From an uncultured candidate division Zixibacteria bacterium (GTDB lineage Bacteria > Zixibacteria > MSB-5A5 > GN15 > FEB-12), in NCBI GenBank assembly GCA_963735035.1, contig CAVTJJ010000003.1, forward strand, positions 925,191-989,190: a DNA stretch of 64,000 bases, written 5' to 3'. This document shows, one piece after another, positions 30,210 to 40,407 of the stretch. Numbering within the stretch: the stretch's first letter is position 1; each line of letters begins with the position of its first letter. Both the position numbers and the translations under genes were made by a program. A model generated the notes under the pieces. It did no database searches. It worked only from the letters and a program-made list of their open reading frames with translations, and had not been told where the DNA came from.

Positions 30210-31517
30210 CTACCATACTCTCTTACCGGTAGCCCTGTCCAGCGCATTCAAGCTGACTGTGTAGTCATAGAAAGCGCGCAGCCGGATCAGTTTAGTCTGC
30301 GACAGCGCCGTCTCCGCATCGAGCAGATCCAGATTGGTAATCACTCCGGCGGTATAACGTACCCGGGCCATTGTCACAGCCTCTTCGGCCTGACGTACCT
30401 GGGTTTCGGTGCTGGCGATCTTTTCCAGACTTGAGTTGACGCCCGCTGCAGCCTGACGAACTTCGGATTGAATCTGCCGCTCGATATCCGCCGTACGGGC
30501 GTGAGCTGAATTGAGATTGGCATCGGATTCGGCTACCTGGTACTTCGTCTTGTAGCCGTTAAAGACGGGTATCTTCAACTCGAGCCCGGCCGCGTAATTA
30601 CCTCGCCAGGTACTCAGGTTTGGCTCGTACCCGTTCTTGAAGCCGGTGGCGAGATTCAGTGACAGATGCGGCTTATCGTCCAGAGACACCAAGTGTGATT
30701 GAGTCGCGGCATTGGTTTCGGCATCACGGGAGAGAATCAACTCCGGTCGCAGTTTGGTAGCAGCGGTCATAAGTGAATCAGGATTGAACGTCACTTTGCC
30801 AGATGCAAAATTGCCCTGTGGATTGATCGGCGTCTCCGGTGACAGGCCGATCAACTGTCGAAGCGTAATTTCCTGATCCTCCAGAGCGTGCAAGGCATCG
30901 ATGCGATCACTACGAACCACCGCGATTCTTACCTGGATGGTCAACGTATCAAAATCGGTCGCCGTGCCCGCACCTATCTTCTTGACGCTCATGTCCAGAT
31001 GCTGAGCTAGTGTCTGAAGCTGTTCATCAAGCACGTCGATCCGTTGACGCAATATCAACAGGTTGTTGAACACACCGATCGTCTGGTACGCGAGGTTGAA
31101 CTTGATCAGGTCGATGTTGTCGGTGGCAGTCTGGTGCGATGTCTCCGCCAGGCGGATAGCCGCATCCCTCTTCCCAAAATCGTAAAGCGTTTGACTGAGA
31201 CCGACATGAAGATCATAGTTGTTGCGTGGAGCCAAATCGAGCGGCCCCCCGCCAGCGAGCTCAAATTGCGGTACCGGCCCGATCCGCACATATTCGCCTT
31301 CGAACGAAATGTCCGGATAGAAGTCGCTCCGGTTCACATCTACCCGCGCGCCCGACGCCGCCGCGCCGTATTCCGCCTGACGGATGGCCGGGTGGTTCTG
31401 AAGCGTCAATGCGACTGCCTGTTCGACGGTAATCGAGTCGGAAGGCTTGGTCTGGGCCGAAATCAAACCGGCGCACCAACCTGCCATGATCATTACTGTT
31501 ACTGAAACCATTTTCAT
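30210..31517 (-). CDS. TolC-family outer membrane efflux protein
   Basis: Signal peptide, two OEP repeats, RYTAGVITNLDLLDAE. Confidence 0.92.
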   Translation of the reverse strand: MKMVSVTVMIMAGWCAGLISAQTKPSDSITVEQAVALTLQNHPAIRQAEYGAAASGARVDVNRSDFYPDISFEGEYVRIGPVPQFELAGGGPLDLAPRNNYDLHVGLSQTLYDFGKRDAAIRLAETSHQTATDNIDLIKFNLAYQTIGVFNNLLILRQRIDVLDEQLQTLAQHLDMSVKKIGAGTATDFDTLTIQVRIAVVRSDRIDALHALEDQEITLRQLIGLSPETPINPQGNFASGKVTFNPDSLMTAATKLRPELILSRDAETNAATQSHLVSLDDKPHLSLNLATGFKNGYEPNLSTWRGNYAAGLELKIPVFNGYKTKYQVAESDANLNSAHARTADIERQIQSEVRQAAAGVNSSLEKIASTETQVRQAEEAVTMARVRYTAGVITNLDLLDAETALSQTKLIRLRAFYDYTVSLNALDRATGKRVW

Positions 31518-31527
31518 ATCTGGTACC

Positions 31528-33168
31528 CTATTCAGCCTGCGCATGGACTGGTCCCTTTGCGGAACGAAGATGCGCACCGGCTCGGTGGGTGCGGATCAGG
31601 AAAAGCGGTATGACTCCAATAACGATAACCACTCCGGCCAGGAGAAATACATCGTCCACCGCCTGAATGAACGCCTGGTTGGCCACGAACGTGCCGATTT
31701 GCATTTTGGCCTGTGCCGCTGCAACACCGGTAGTGCTACCGGCCGCATGAACAGCCTGTGACTGTAGTTTTGTAACCGTATCCTTGAACGTATCTGAGTA
31801 TGCGTTGACCTGTCCGCCATACGTGGCGACATGGTATATGGTGCGGCGAGTCAGAATTGTCCCGAATATCGCTACTCCAAAACTACCGCCGATCTGCCGG
31901 ATAACATTGAGCAGTCCGGAGGCCTGGGCCATTTTCTGGTGAGATATTTCCGAAAGGGCCATGGCCATAAGAGGCGCAAACAACACGCCCATGGCGATGC
32001 CGCGAAGTATGAGCGGATACGTTATCTCGTTTGGTTCCGAATACAACGACAGAGAGGAAAATTGATAGAACGTATAGGCCATCAAGAGAACGCCGAGAAT
32101 CGACGGGACCTTGTGCGAAAACCTATCACCGTACCATCCGGCCAGAGGCGCCACCAACCCCTGCATGATTCCCACGGGCAGGAAGACCAGACCGGCCTGA
32201 AGCGGTGTGTAATCGAGAGAATTCTGGAGATATATTGGCAAGAGAAACGTGCTGCCAAACATACCCAGCCCGAATAAGAACAGCACGATGTTGCAAAGTG
32301 TGAAATTGTAATCCTTGAACAGACTAAGCTCAATGAGCGGATGTACGACACTGAACTCAGTGGTCAGAAAGACAATCAGCGAAACGATCGATATGGCGAA
32401 GCAGGTCAGGATGTAATCAGAGGTCCAGCCACCCGTGTTCCAGGCCGAGTTGCCGTTGGACAGAGCCAGCAGAAGCGAGGTCAGAAAGGCCGTAAGCGAG
32501 AGAAAGCCTATCAGATCGAAGGAGCGTGAATCGGCGGCTTTGTGCTCTCGGAGAATTATCACGGCTGCCGCCATTCCAAAGATGCCGATAGGAACATTGA
32601 CGTCGAAAATAGTGTGCCAGGAAAAATGATCGATCAAGTAGCCGCCGATAGCCGGGCCAAGAGAGACGGAGGCCGAGGCAGACATCGACCAAAACGCCAA
32701 CGCGAGTCCACGTTTTTCGGGAGGAAACTCTCTGGTAATGATCGCCATACCGACCGGCATCAAGATGCCTGAACCGGCCCCCTGAAGCACCCGGAAGAAT
32801 ATCAAGGCGTTGAAATCCCACGCCAGGCTGCACAAGAACGAACTTACAGTGAAGAGCAGCAATCCCAGAGTGAAGATCAGCTTGTAGCCCAGGTGGTCGG
32901 CAAGCCAGCCGGAAGTCGGCAACATCACACCGAAAATCAGGAGATAGGCCGTTAGAACCCATTCAACACTATCGACCGACACTCCGAACGACGACATGAG
33001 CTTCGGCAGCGCCACATTGACAATCGTGGCATCCAACACCGCCATGAAGGTCGCAACCATGACCCCAGAGAGAACCAGCCATCGATACGCCGGGCTCTCT
33101 GGTCGAAGCTGCGGGTAGTCGCTGGTTAGTTTCGAGCGAATAGCCCGCCATCGGTGAGTCGCGTTCAC
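31528..33168 (-). CDS. DHA2 (EmrB-like) MFS efflux transporter
   Basis: LDATIVNVALP, RVLQGAG, GPAIGG, RQIGGSFG. Confidence 0.95.
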   Translation of the reverse strand: MNATHRWRAIRSKLTSDYPQLRPESPAYRWLVLSGVMVATFMAVLDATIVNVALPKLMSSFGVSVDSVEWVLTAYLLIFGVMLPTSGWLADHLGYKLIFTLGLLLFTVSSFLCSLAWDFNALIFFRVLQGAGSGILMPVGMAIITREFPPEKRGLALAFWSMSASASVSLGPAIGGYLIDHFSWHTIFDVNVPIGIFGMAAAVIILREHKAADSRSFDLIGFLSLTAFLTSLLLALSNGNSAWNTGGWTSDYILTCFAISIVSLIVFLTTEFSVVHPLIELSLFKDYNFTLCNIVLFLFGLGMFGSTFLLPIYLQNSLDYTPLQAGLVFLPVGIMQGLVAPLAGWYGDRFSHKVPSILGVLLMAYTFYQFSSLSLYSEPNEITYPLILRGIAMGVLFAPLMAMALSEISHQKMAQASGLLNVIRQIGGSFGVAIFGTILTRRTIYHVATYGGQVNAYSDTFKDTVTKLQSQAVHAAGSTTGVAAAQAKMQIGTFVANQAFIQAVDDVFLLAGVVIVIGVIPLFLIRTHRAGAHLRSAKGPVHAQAE

Positions 33169-34134
33169 CTATTTGTCCTTCACCTGTATCTTCACTTCTA
33201 CCGACATACCCGGGAGAAGTGTATGCTGCCGATCGGGAGCGTCTTTGTCAGGGTTTACGAACACAATCTTGACCGGAACCCGCTGCGTCACCTTGGTAAA
33301 ATTGCCAGACGCGTTGTTGGGCGGTATGAGAGAAAATTGCGATGCGGCTGCAGCACCTATCAATTCGACTCGGCCTGCAAAGATGCGATCGGGAAATGCG
33401 TCGACCGTGATTTCCACGGAGTCTCCCGGATGAATTGACCCCAACTTGGTCTCCTCGAAATTGGCCGTCACCCATACATCGCTCAAGTTGAAGAGCGTAA
33501 AGATCGGCTGGCCGGCCTGCACAATGTCGCCGGGGACAACCCATTTTCGGGCTACCACACCGGACGCGGTGGCGAAAACTCTCGTGTTCGTGAGTTGAGT
33601 TTCGACAACCGCCAGTTGCGCCTGCGACGCTTTCACCTGACTGAGAGCAACGTTCTGCTGGGCCAGCGCCATCTCGGAAGCTTTACGGGCATGGTCGAAC
33701 TGCTCCCGAGTAATCACATGATCGTTATATTGAATTGAGGCCCGATCGAAATCATCCTTAGCCCGGTCCAGAGCAATTGTGGCAAGTTGGACGTTCTGCT
33801 GCACATAGTCGAGAGCCGCTTGAGCCTGCGCCTCCTGAGCTTTCAGATCGGAATCATCAATCTGAACCAGCAATTGCCCCGCCTTCACCGAGTCACCTTC
33901 GTCTGCGTTTAGTGCCACGATGCGGCCGAGTATCTTCGAGCTGATAGTCACGGCGTCGCTGGCAACTACCGCATCATCGGTGGCAACATAACCAAGCAGA
34001 TAATTGTACCAGTAGTAAACCGCCCCCGCGCTGACCACCAGCATCAGAAAAAGCGGTATCAGAACTCTCTTCTTGCGGTGCAGCGCGGTTCCAGCGCTCT
34101 GCGGCCGCTCCGTTTCGTTGTTGTCGTCTGCCAT
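33169..34134 (-). CDS. HlyD/EmrA-like membrane fusion protein
   Basis: TDDA, WVTANFEET, FSLIPPNNASGNFTKVTQRVPV. Confidence 0.95.
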   Translation of the reverse strand: MADDNNETERPQSAGTALHRKKRVLIPLFLMLVVSAGAVYYWYNYLLGYVATDDAVVASDAVTISSKILGRIVALNADEGDSVKAGQLLVQIDDSDLKAQEAQAQAALDYVQQNVQLATIALDRAKDDFDRASIQYNDHVITREQFDHARKASEMALAQQNVALSQVKASQAQLAVVETQLTNTRVFATASGVVARKWVVPGDIVQAGQPIFTLFNLSDVWVTANFEETKLGSIHPGDSVEITVDAFPDRIFAGRVELIGAAAASQFSLIPPNNASGNFTKVTQRVPVKIVFVNPDKDAPDRQHTLLPGMSVEVKIQVKDK

Positions 34135-34164
34135 TATGCCTGTCTTCCTTCGTTATTGTGCGGC

Positions 34165-34644
34165 TCACTTCCGACGGTCACGCCTGCCGTCGATCTTCAT
34201 GACGGTCAGGAGCAGGTTCAGTCCCTTCTGAATATCGCGCAGCTGGTCCGGTGACAAACAATCGATCGTATGGAAGAGAAGCCCCATACCGGCCAGCGGC
34301 GTCTTCTTTATCACCCCCCGGCCTTCGGAAGTAACTTCCAGATGCACTACCCGACGATCCTCATCGCCTCGCTTCCGCGTTACATACCCTCGCTTCTCGA
34401 GACGGTCCACGATTCCCGAGACGGTGCTGAGGTGCAAATACATTCGTTCGCTGAGTTCACCGAGCGAGATACGTGGCGAAAGTTGCACGATGCGCAAGGC
34501 ACCCAACTGCTGCCCTGTAATGTGATACTTTCGTACAAACTCACTCGACTGCCGCTGTCCTACGCGCTGCAGTAAGCGTATGGAATTGACTATCGCACTG
34601 ATTTCGTGACGACGCGACTCGGTCTTTACGGATATATGTGTCAT
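34165..34644 (-). CDS. MarR-family transcriptional regulator
   Basis: STVSGIVDRLEKRGYV.R...DRR. Confidence 0.93.
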   Translation of the reverse strand: MTHISVKTESRRHEISAIVNSIRLLQRVGQRQSSEFVRKYHITGQQLGALRIVQLSPRISLGELSERMYLHLSTVSGIVDRLEKRGYVTRKRGDEDRRVVHLEVTSEGRGVIKKTPLAGMGLLFHTIDCLSPDQLRDIQKGLNLLLTVMKIDGRRDRRK

Positions 34645-34801
34645 GCAATACTATTTCGTATCCAAATATTATGTATACAAAGTATTATACCGAAGAGATC
34701 CCACCCGAGGCAAACACTTTGTCGGTAACCGGGTGAGGGATTTGTCCTTCCGAACGATGGCGATTTGGACTGAAAATCGGTTGTACGGTAATATGCCGTC
34801 T

Positions 34802-34827
34802 TGGTGGAGGTGGGGGAATCGAACCCC
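34802..34827 (-). repeat. Duplicated 3' end of tmRNA (att site)
   Basis: GGGGTTCGATTCCCCCACCTCCACCA matches the ssrA 3' end at 39714-39737, with one base fewer in the homopolymer. Confidence 0.85.
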
Positions 34828-34932
34828 AAGCTCGCGTTGTGGCGCAATAACTTAGGGATCATTGTGACGAGACTTTGACGTTTTCTTGTGAGCCTCTCGA
34901 CGGCGCCAGCTCCGGGGCTGGTTCATCCCTGG

Positions 34933-37349
34933 TTAGACGTCTTCAATGATCACGGCAAAATCTGTCTGCTCCCATTTCGCGACATCCCGCCAATAGAAGG
35001 TGAAATCGACTCGCTCTCCCGACTGTAGACCCTCTGTAGCCAGATCAACCAAGTAGACGCCCAACCCGGTGTCACGTGTCGAGGAGTCGTTCGTGGTCCG
35101 CCAACCGTTGACACTCCAATGGACAGTTGCGGGGCTCAGAGTTTCAATCCGCAGTTGCCGACCGCGCCGCATGGTGCGGCACTTGTGATTGAAGCGCCAA
35201 ATGGTTCGTTTCGACTCCACTTTCTCCACTTGGTATCGCTGAACCGTCTGCGCCGGCATATCGAAAACGCGTTTGTCCGCTATGGATCTTCGAAGCTTGA
35301 GATACTCCGCATGCGCCCAAACCAGAGGCATCGCCGAACCTGAGGGACGTCCAAATTTCAGCTCCTTCTCACTGACATCATCGGCGTCCCAGATCTGCTC
35401 CGGAATCAGGCCCGTCTCATTCGCAAACCCCTCCATTGCCTTCAGCAGTGCCGATGCTCTTTGAATTCTGTCCTGCCGCCAGTTCGTAGTGCCCGCGCTC
35501 TCCGCTGAGCAGCGGCCACGCCCGTGCCGATACCGGTGCCATCAAACGGGCTTCCATCCTCATGTTCGCCGTAGCCATCTGCATTGTAACGATGCCAAAC
35601 CGGGCCGCAGGGCGTGTCTACCTTCAAGAGGGCATCAATAATTCTTACGGTCTTGAGCATTCGCGGATCGGTGGCGGCCCTCAGACCAAAGCGCACCAGT
35701 GCCAGAGCATCCTGACTTATGATATGATCAGCTTCTTGAAGACTGCTGCCGATCGGTCGGTTCTTGATAGGTACAAAGCCATGCACAGGCGAAGCACCGT
35801 CAGCTGTTTCCGGCGGCGCAATGCGAACATAGTAGCCATCAACGGAATATCGTTTGGCTAATTCGGTGCCGGAAACGTAGGTCCAGCGTTCGATGTGCGA
35901 ATTCCACGTATCGGCGGTCTCCCGAAGATAGGTGGCCACAATCGGTTCATTGTTCATGTCGGCAATGTCAGCCGCCGCCAAAAGAGATGCAATTTCGACG
36001 GCAAGCGTAAAGGGCGAGTACCCCGGATCCTCTTCCCAGCGATCCTGCTGTGTGACCGGACCATTGCACACAATGTATTGCGATGCTCGTCGAATCATTG
36101 GCCAGAAGTGCGGGACATCGCCAGACTCCAACGCTTTCTCGCGAAGAGCCAAATCTACCAGGAGAATTGGAAACGCGGTCTCATCCATTTGCGAACCGGA
36201 CCAATACGGCGTGCCGTCCAGCCACATGTTTTGGGGCCAGTGACCATCAGCCTCTTGCGTTGCCAGGAGATAATTGAGTACACGACGAGTATCCGCGTGT
36301 GCTCCCACAGAAAGCAGCCCGACTGCCGATTCTACGAGGTCGCGAGGCCAGACAAGATGATATCCCCCAAGGTCCTCATCTCCTTTATTGAAACCCCAGG
36401 GAATCGAAAGGCTTGCGATCATGCCTCCAGGAAACCGCTTCGCCTCATGAATGCGCAATACGATAGCGCTGATCGCTTCCAGATTTCGGACGCTCTCCAC
36501 TTGCAGTCCGGTCTTGCGCAGAGTGCTGTGGAATGCGCTCCAGCCCTGGATGTAGCGTGCCTTCAGTTCATCGAATTCATCGAGAAGACTTGCGGTCACA
36601 CGATGACCGGCCTCGGCGGCATTGGTGCCAAATCCAATCGCTATCACAAAAGAATGGCTCTTAACTGCCTGCCAATCCAGCTCACCGAGCAGCGCCACAT
36701 TTCCGTTCTCGGCACGATCAAAATGCCACAACATTCTCTTGTGCTGTGACAGGTCCTGCCAGCCGTCGGAAGCCCCGATAAACCCAACCGAGCGGCTTTT
36801 CCAATCGACAGAGGCGGCGAGCGCCAGAGCCACCCCGTTGCGCTCGGCAAAGAGCATCGGCCGACCCTTGTAGTCTCCCAGCCAAGCCGTGTTGCCGTAG
36901 CCGCAATTGCCGAGGTGCGGAGCCAACAACACATGCAGCATAAGAGATTCCGTAACTCCTGTTAACGGCACAAAGGTCGTGCGCTGCAGCACCGTGTCTC
37001 GGGTGGGGTCGGTAATGATTTCTTTCTCTATCCGATATCTTCCCTGGAGACAGGTATTGACCAGGCGGAAAGCAGGTATGGCCGGTTCTATATAGTCGAT
37101 TGCGCTCGCAGTGTGACGCTTTTCCTCGGAAAAGAAATCATGACCGTCAGTGACGATCATGCCCATGTCGCGGATACAGGCCTGATCGATCCGGGGGTAA
37201 TAGATCTCATTGAAGATGCCATGGCTAAGAGTAAACCAGACCCGACTGGCTGAACTAGTCGCCGTCCCAATTCCACTCTTGGCGCTTGATGTCCATCGTG
37301 GTGCAGTTCCCGGCCACCCGAAGGCATGCATGCTCGATTCACCCATCAT
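34933..37349 (-). CDS. GH15 glucoamylase/glucodextranase-like enzyme with C-terminal carbohydrate-binding module; frameshift near 35525
   Basis: ASLSIPWG, GGYHLVWPRD, QDRWEE, RYNADGYGE; the corrected frame gives RAWPLLSGERGHYE and then LIPEQIWD, SAMPLVWAHAEY. Confidence 0.9.
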
Positions 37350-37395
37350 GTAACACTCTCAGTCATACTTAATACCTTGATAATTGTGGGGCACA

Positions 37396-38502
37396 CTACT
37401 TGCTCCACTCCAGAACGACCTTGATTTCATCCTGACCATGATGTTGTAGGCCGGCGGCGAAATCGGCAAATGGGTGACGGTGCGTAATTAGAGAAGCAAC
37501 ATGATCGCCCCATCGTAACTGCGCTTTGACCAGATCTTCGACCGCCATACGATAATGCTCCGGAGAAGCGTTAACACTCCCTATCATCACTTGGTTCTCA
37601 AGTACCAGTTGGCGTATCAACTCCGCACCCGGGATACTCAGCGGGCGAACTCCGGCAGGTATTCCGGTAAGAACATAGATTCCGTTTATCGCCAGGGCAT
37701 CCAGCAAATTGAATTCCAACTCGGCTACCCCGGTGGCATCAAATATTAGATCCATTGGCCCAACTTGTGTATCAATCTGGTCAGCCGGAACCTGGCGACC
37801 ATCGATATACGTGCCACCGATCTTGGCTAGCCATTGTGGGCGTACGTTGTTCCCATCGACGATGTCCACTCCGTATACTTCGGCGTCGCGAAGACGCAAA
37901 GCCAACGCCGCGAGAAGGCCGATAGGTCCCAGTCCTGCCACCAGACAACGTCGGCTGCGAAGCCAATCGCCGGGATTGGAGATATCAGGGAGTCGGGATG
38001 CTTGCACGCGCAACGATTCATCAATGGCTTTCTCCGCCACCGAGAGCGGCTCAGTCAGTACTCCTATGTCCGCGACTTCCTGCGGAACCCGTGTTACGTA
38101 CTGTTCTCGGTCGACGACAAATTCCGTCTGGTATCCGTCGAGTTTCCGTATGCCTCTTTCACGGTAATCACCCGAATAGCACATGTCGGAGCGGTTCATC
38201 CGACATGCGGGACACTTGCCGCAAGAACGACGAACGGAGAAGACCGCATAATCACCAACTTTCACTTTGGTAACAGCGGCGCCCGTTTCAATTACTTTAC
38301 CGATCATTTCATGACCGATGATCAGCTCATCGAGGCCGTCCGGAGCAGCACAACGCCCGCCCGCCGCTTCTTCCCTGTCAGTTCCGCAGATGCCTACTCG
38401 GAGTACTCGCAGCTTGATTTCGTCGGCCATTTTGACGGCGGGTTCTTCACAATCCACCAAATGAATCGCCGCTGTTCCGACTTTGACTGATACCGCCTTC
38501 AT
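37396..38502 (-). CDS. Zn-dependent glucose 1-dehydrogenase (MDR family)
   Basis: GICGTDRE, GHE, VRRSCGKCPAC...C, ERGI, EPLSVAEKA, GLGPIG, GSVNA. Confidence 0.88.
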   Translation of the reverse strand: MKAVSVKVGTAAIHLVDCEEPAVKMADEIKLRVLRVGICGTDREEAAGGRCAAPDGLDELIIGHEMIGKVIETGAAVTKVKVGDYAVFSVRRSCGKCPACRMNRSDMCYSGDYRERGIRKLDGYQTEFVVDREQYVTRVPQEVADIGVLTEPLSVAEKAIDESLRVQASRLPDISNPGDWLRSRRCLVAGLGPIGLLAALALRLRDAEVYGVDIVDGNNVRPQWLAKIGGTYIDGRQVPADQIDTQVGPMDLIFDATGVAELEFNLLDALAINGIYVLTGIPAGVRPLSIPGAELIRQLVLENQVMIGSVNASPEHYRMAVEDLVKAQLRWGDHVASLITHRHPFADFAAGLQHHGQDEIKVVLEWSK

Positions 38503-38572
38503 ATGAACTGAATCCTCCGGACGTTACCCTTATTGCTGCTACGTCCTTGAACAACTCACCATAAGGAAGGTT

Positions 38573-39337
38573 CTAGAGCTTTGGGTGAAAGATGCCGTGC
38601 GGATCGTGCCCGAAATGGTATATTTTCGCTACCTGGATTTCGAGCCGCTTCAATATGCTGCGCCTTTGAACGATTGTTGCGATATACGTACCCGCGATCG
38701 GTCCTACCAGATAAACCCACCAGCCATTCCAGTGGTCTGAAATGACCGCCGGTCCAAGACTCCTGGCCGGATTTGTACTCGTTCCAGATATGGGGGCCTC
38801 AAGGTATACCATTATAGCGTATAGAAACGGAAAGAGGAGCGGCGTCCAGGCCGACAGCCGTTTATGACCAAGGAAGACGAAAAGCCCGATAATCAGGGCA
38901 AAGGTAGTGATGATTTCGCCGGCCAATGCAATCCAGACTCCGTATTGCGGCCCTGGCAGAGTGGCACCATACGCAATACTCTTCCCTGCCTCGCCCCACA
39001 TGAGCAATGGGATAGCACCAAGGACAGCTCCCACGCATTGTGCAACGACATAGATGGTCGCGTGTGCACCATCCATCTTCCCGATGATCCAGAAGGCCAG
39101 TGTCACTACCGGATTGATATGGGCGCCGCTGATTTTCCCAATGTGCGATACTGCAATAAGTGCCCCTGTAGTGCCGAACAGAAAGCCTGCGATCAATCGC
39201 CTGGCCCCCGGATCGGGGAGCAGGGCAATAAGAGCAGAGTTCGTCCCGAACAAAGCAATGACTACTGACAACCCGACAGCGACTAGAAGTCCTGTCCCTA
39301 CAAGCTCCGAAAAGAACGCCTGGCGAAGCCCTTTCAT
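38573..39337 (-). CDS. MIP/aquaporin family channel
   Basis: SGAHINPVVT and GTSTNPARS loops, six TM helices. Confidence 0.93.
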   Translation of the reverse strand: MKGLRQAFFSELVGTGLLVAVGLSVVIALFGTNSALIALLPDPGARRLIAGFLFGTTGALIAVSHIGKISGAHINPVVTLAFWIIGKMDGAHATIYVVAQCVGAVLGAIPLLMWGEAGKSIAYGATLPGPQYGVWIALAGEIITTFALIIGLFVFLGHKRLSAWTPLLFPFLYAIMVYLEAPISGTSTNPARSLGPAVISDHWNGWWVYLVGPIAGTYIATIVQRRSILKRLEIQVAKIYHFGHDPHGIFHPKL

Positions 39338-39713
39338 GATATCACCAAAAGATTAGTCAAGACTTCTCACTTTCAGGCATACGGTCAGATGATCAAAGTA
39401 ATGTGGAACAGTTGCAAAATCGCAATACGTTCCTCACAATAGGGCCCGACGCACTCATCTACAACAGTAACTGGCAAGTGATTTCAGGAATGCAACTGTA
39501 CCGCAGGTATCCGTGTCTAATCTGCCGACGCCACGGACAATCGCCCCCTCGTTGTGTAGCACAACAACCTACAGGTCATTGTGACCGAGTTGGAACGTTC
39601 TTCGTTGCCAGTAATTCGGGTTTATTGCCAGATATACGCGAAGAAATGCCAGGGGCCGGGGATTCGCGACCCCGGTCCATAGTAATCAATAGCATGACAA
39701 CGAGTTAAATAAA

Positions 39714-40081
39714 TGGAGGTGGGGGGAATCGAACCCCCGTCCGAGAATAGCGTCGAGCCGCCGTCTACGTGCGTAGTCTCTCTATATTTTCTCGCGCCGA
39801 CCGCTGCCGAAAGACAGGCCACGGTCACCGCCAGCCTTTGTATTTGGGTCCGACTTAAAGGCGTCGCCGGACCGAGTCTCCTTTATCGGCGCCGTATCCC
39901 CACCCTGGAGACGAAGGGTTGGGTACGACGGGCTGCAGCCCTAATCAGGTAAACCTAATTAGGCAGCCATGGCGTAGTTAAAGTCGCCATTTAAGGGTTT
40001 GCCCGGTTTGGTAACGAGGTCCCGAGCGACCCCGGCACGCTGACAACCCCCCACTAAACCCGTCGAAACCAGATCACCCCC
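39714..40081 (-). ncRNA. ssrA: tmRNA; tag reading frame (A)GDFNYAMAA* at 39959-39988
   Basis: 5' GGGGGTGATCTGGTTTCGACGGG and 3' GACGGGGGTTCGATTCCCCCCACCTCCA; acceptor stem has G3-U; tag ends in YAMAA. Confidence 0.96.
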
Positions 40082-40407
40082 AGTTTCGAGACGGTTAGTG
40101 TAAGAGGCTCAGCCTCTTAACTTGTCAAAGAGCAAATTGGCCACTGTGGGCGGCAGACGTCCTCGTCTGCCCCGGTCAACTCCCTGTCATCCCCCGACTT
40201 GATCGGGGGACGCAAGAATTGTAGCCACCGCAAAGTCACGCTGAGCCTGTCGAAGCGTAACCTGCCACTATTAATATACCCTATCGGCCACAATATTCAA
40301 ACGCCAAAGCGGGAAAGAAGTTGCAGCATTGAAAACCGTTTGATCTTAAGCTAAGTCAGCTATATCTTAGCGAAGGAGTCTATTCCAACAGCCAAAAGAG
40401 GAATGCC

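Larger units (their letters stand above)
34802..39737. mobile_element. About 4.9 kb genomic island integrated at ssrA, without an integrase
   Basis: Direct repeat of the tmRNA T-arm/acceptor end flanks three co-oriented cargo genes. Confidence 0.7.

Noticed and set aside
34802..34827. Possible tRNA gene
   Set aside because: Only a T-arm and acceptor 3' strand matching ssrA; no D or anticodon arms.
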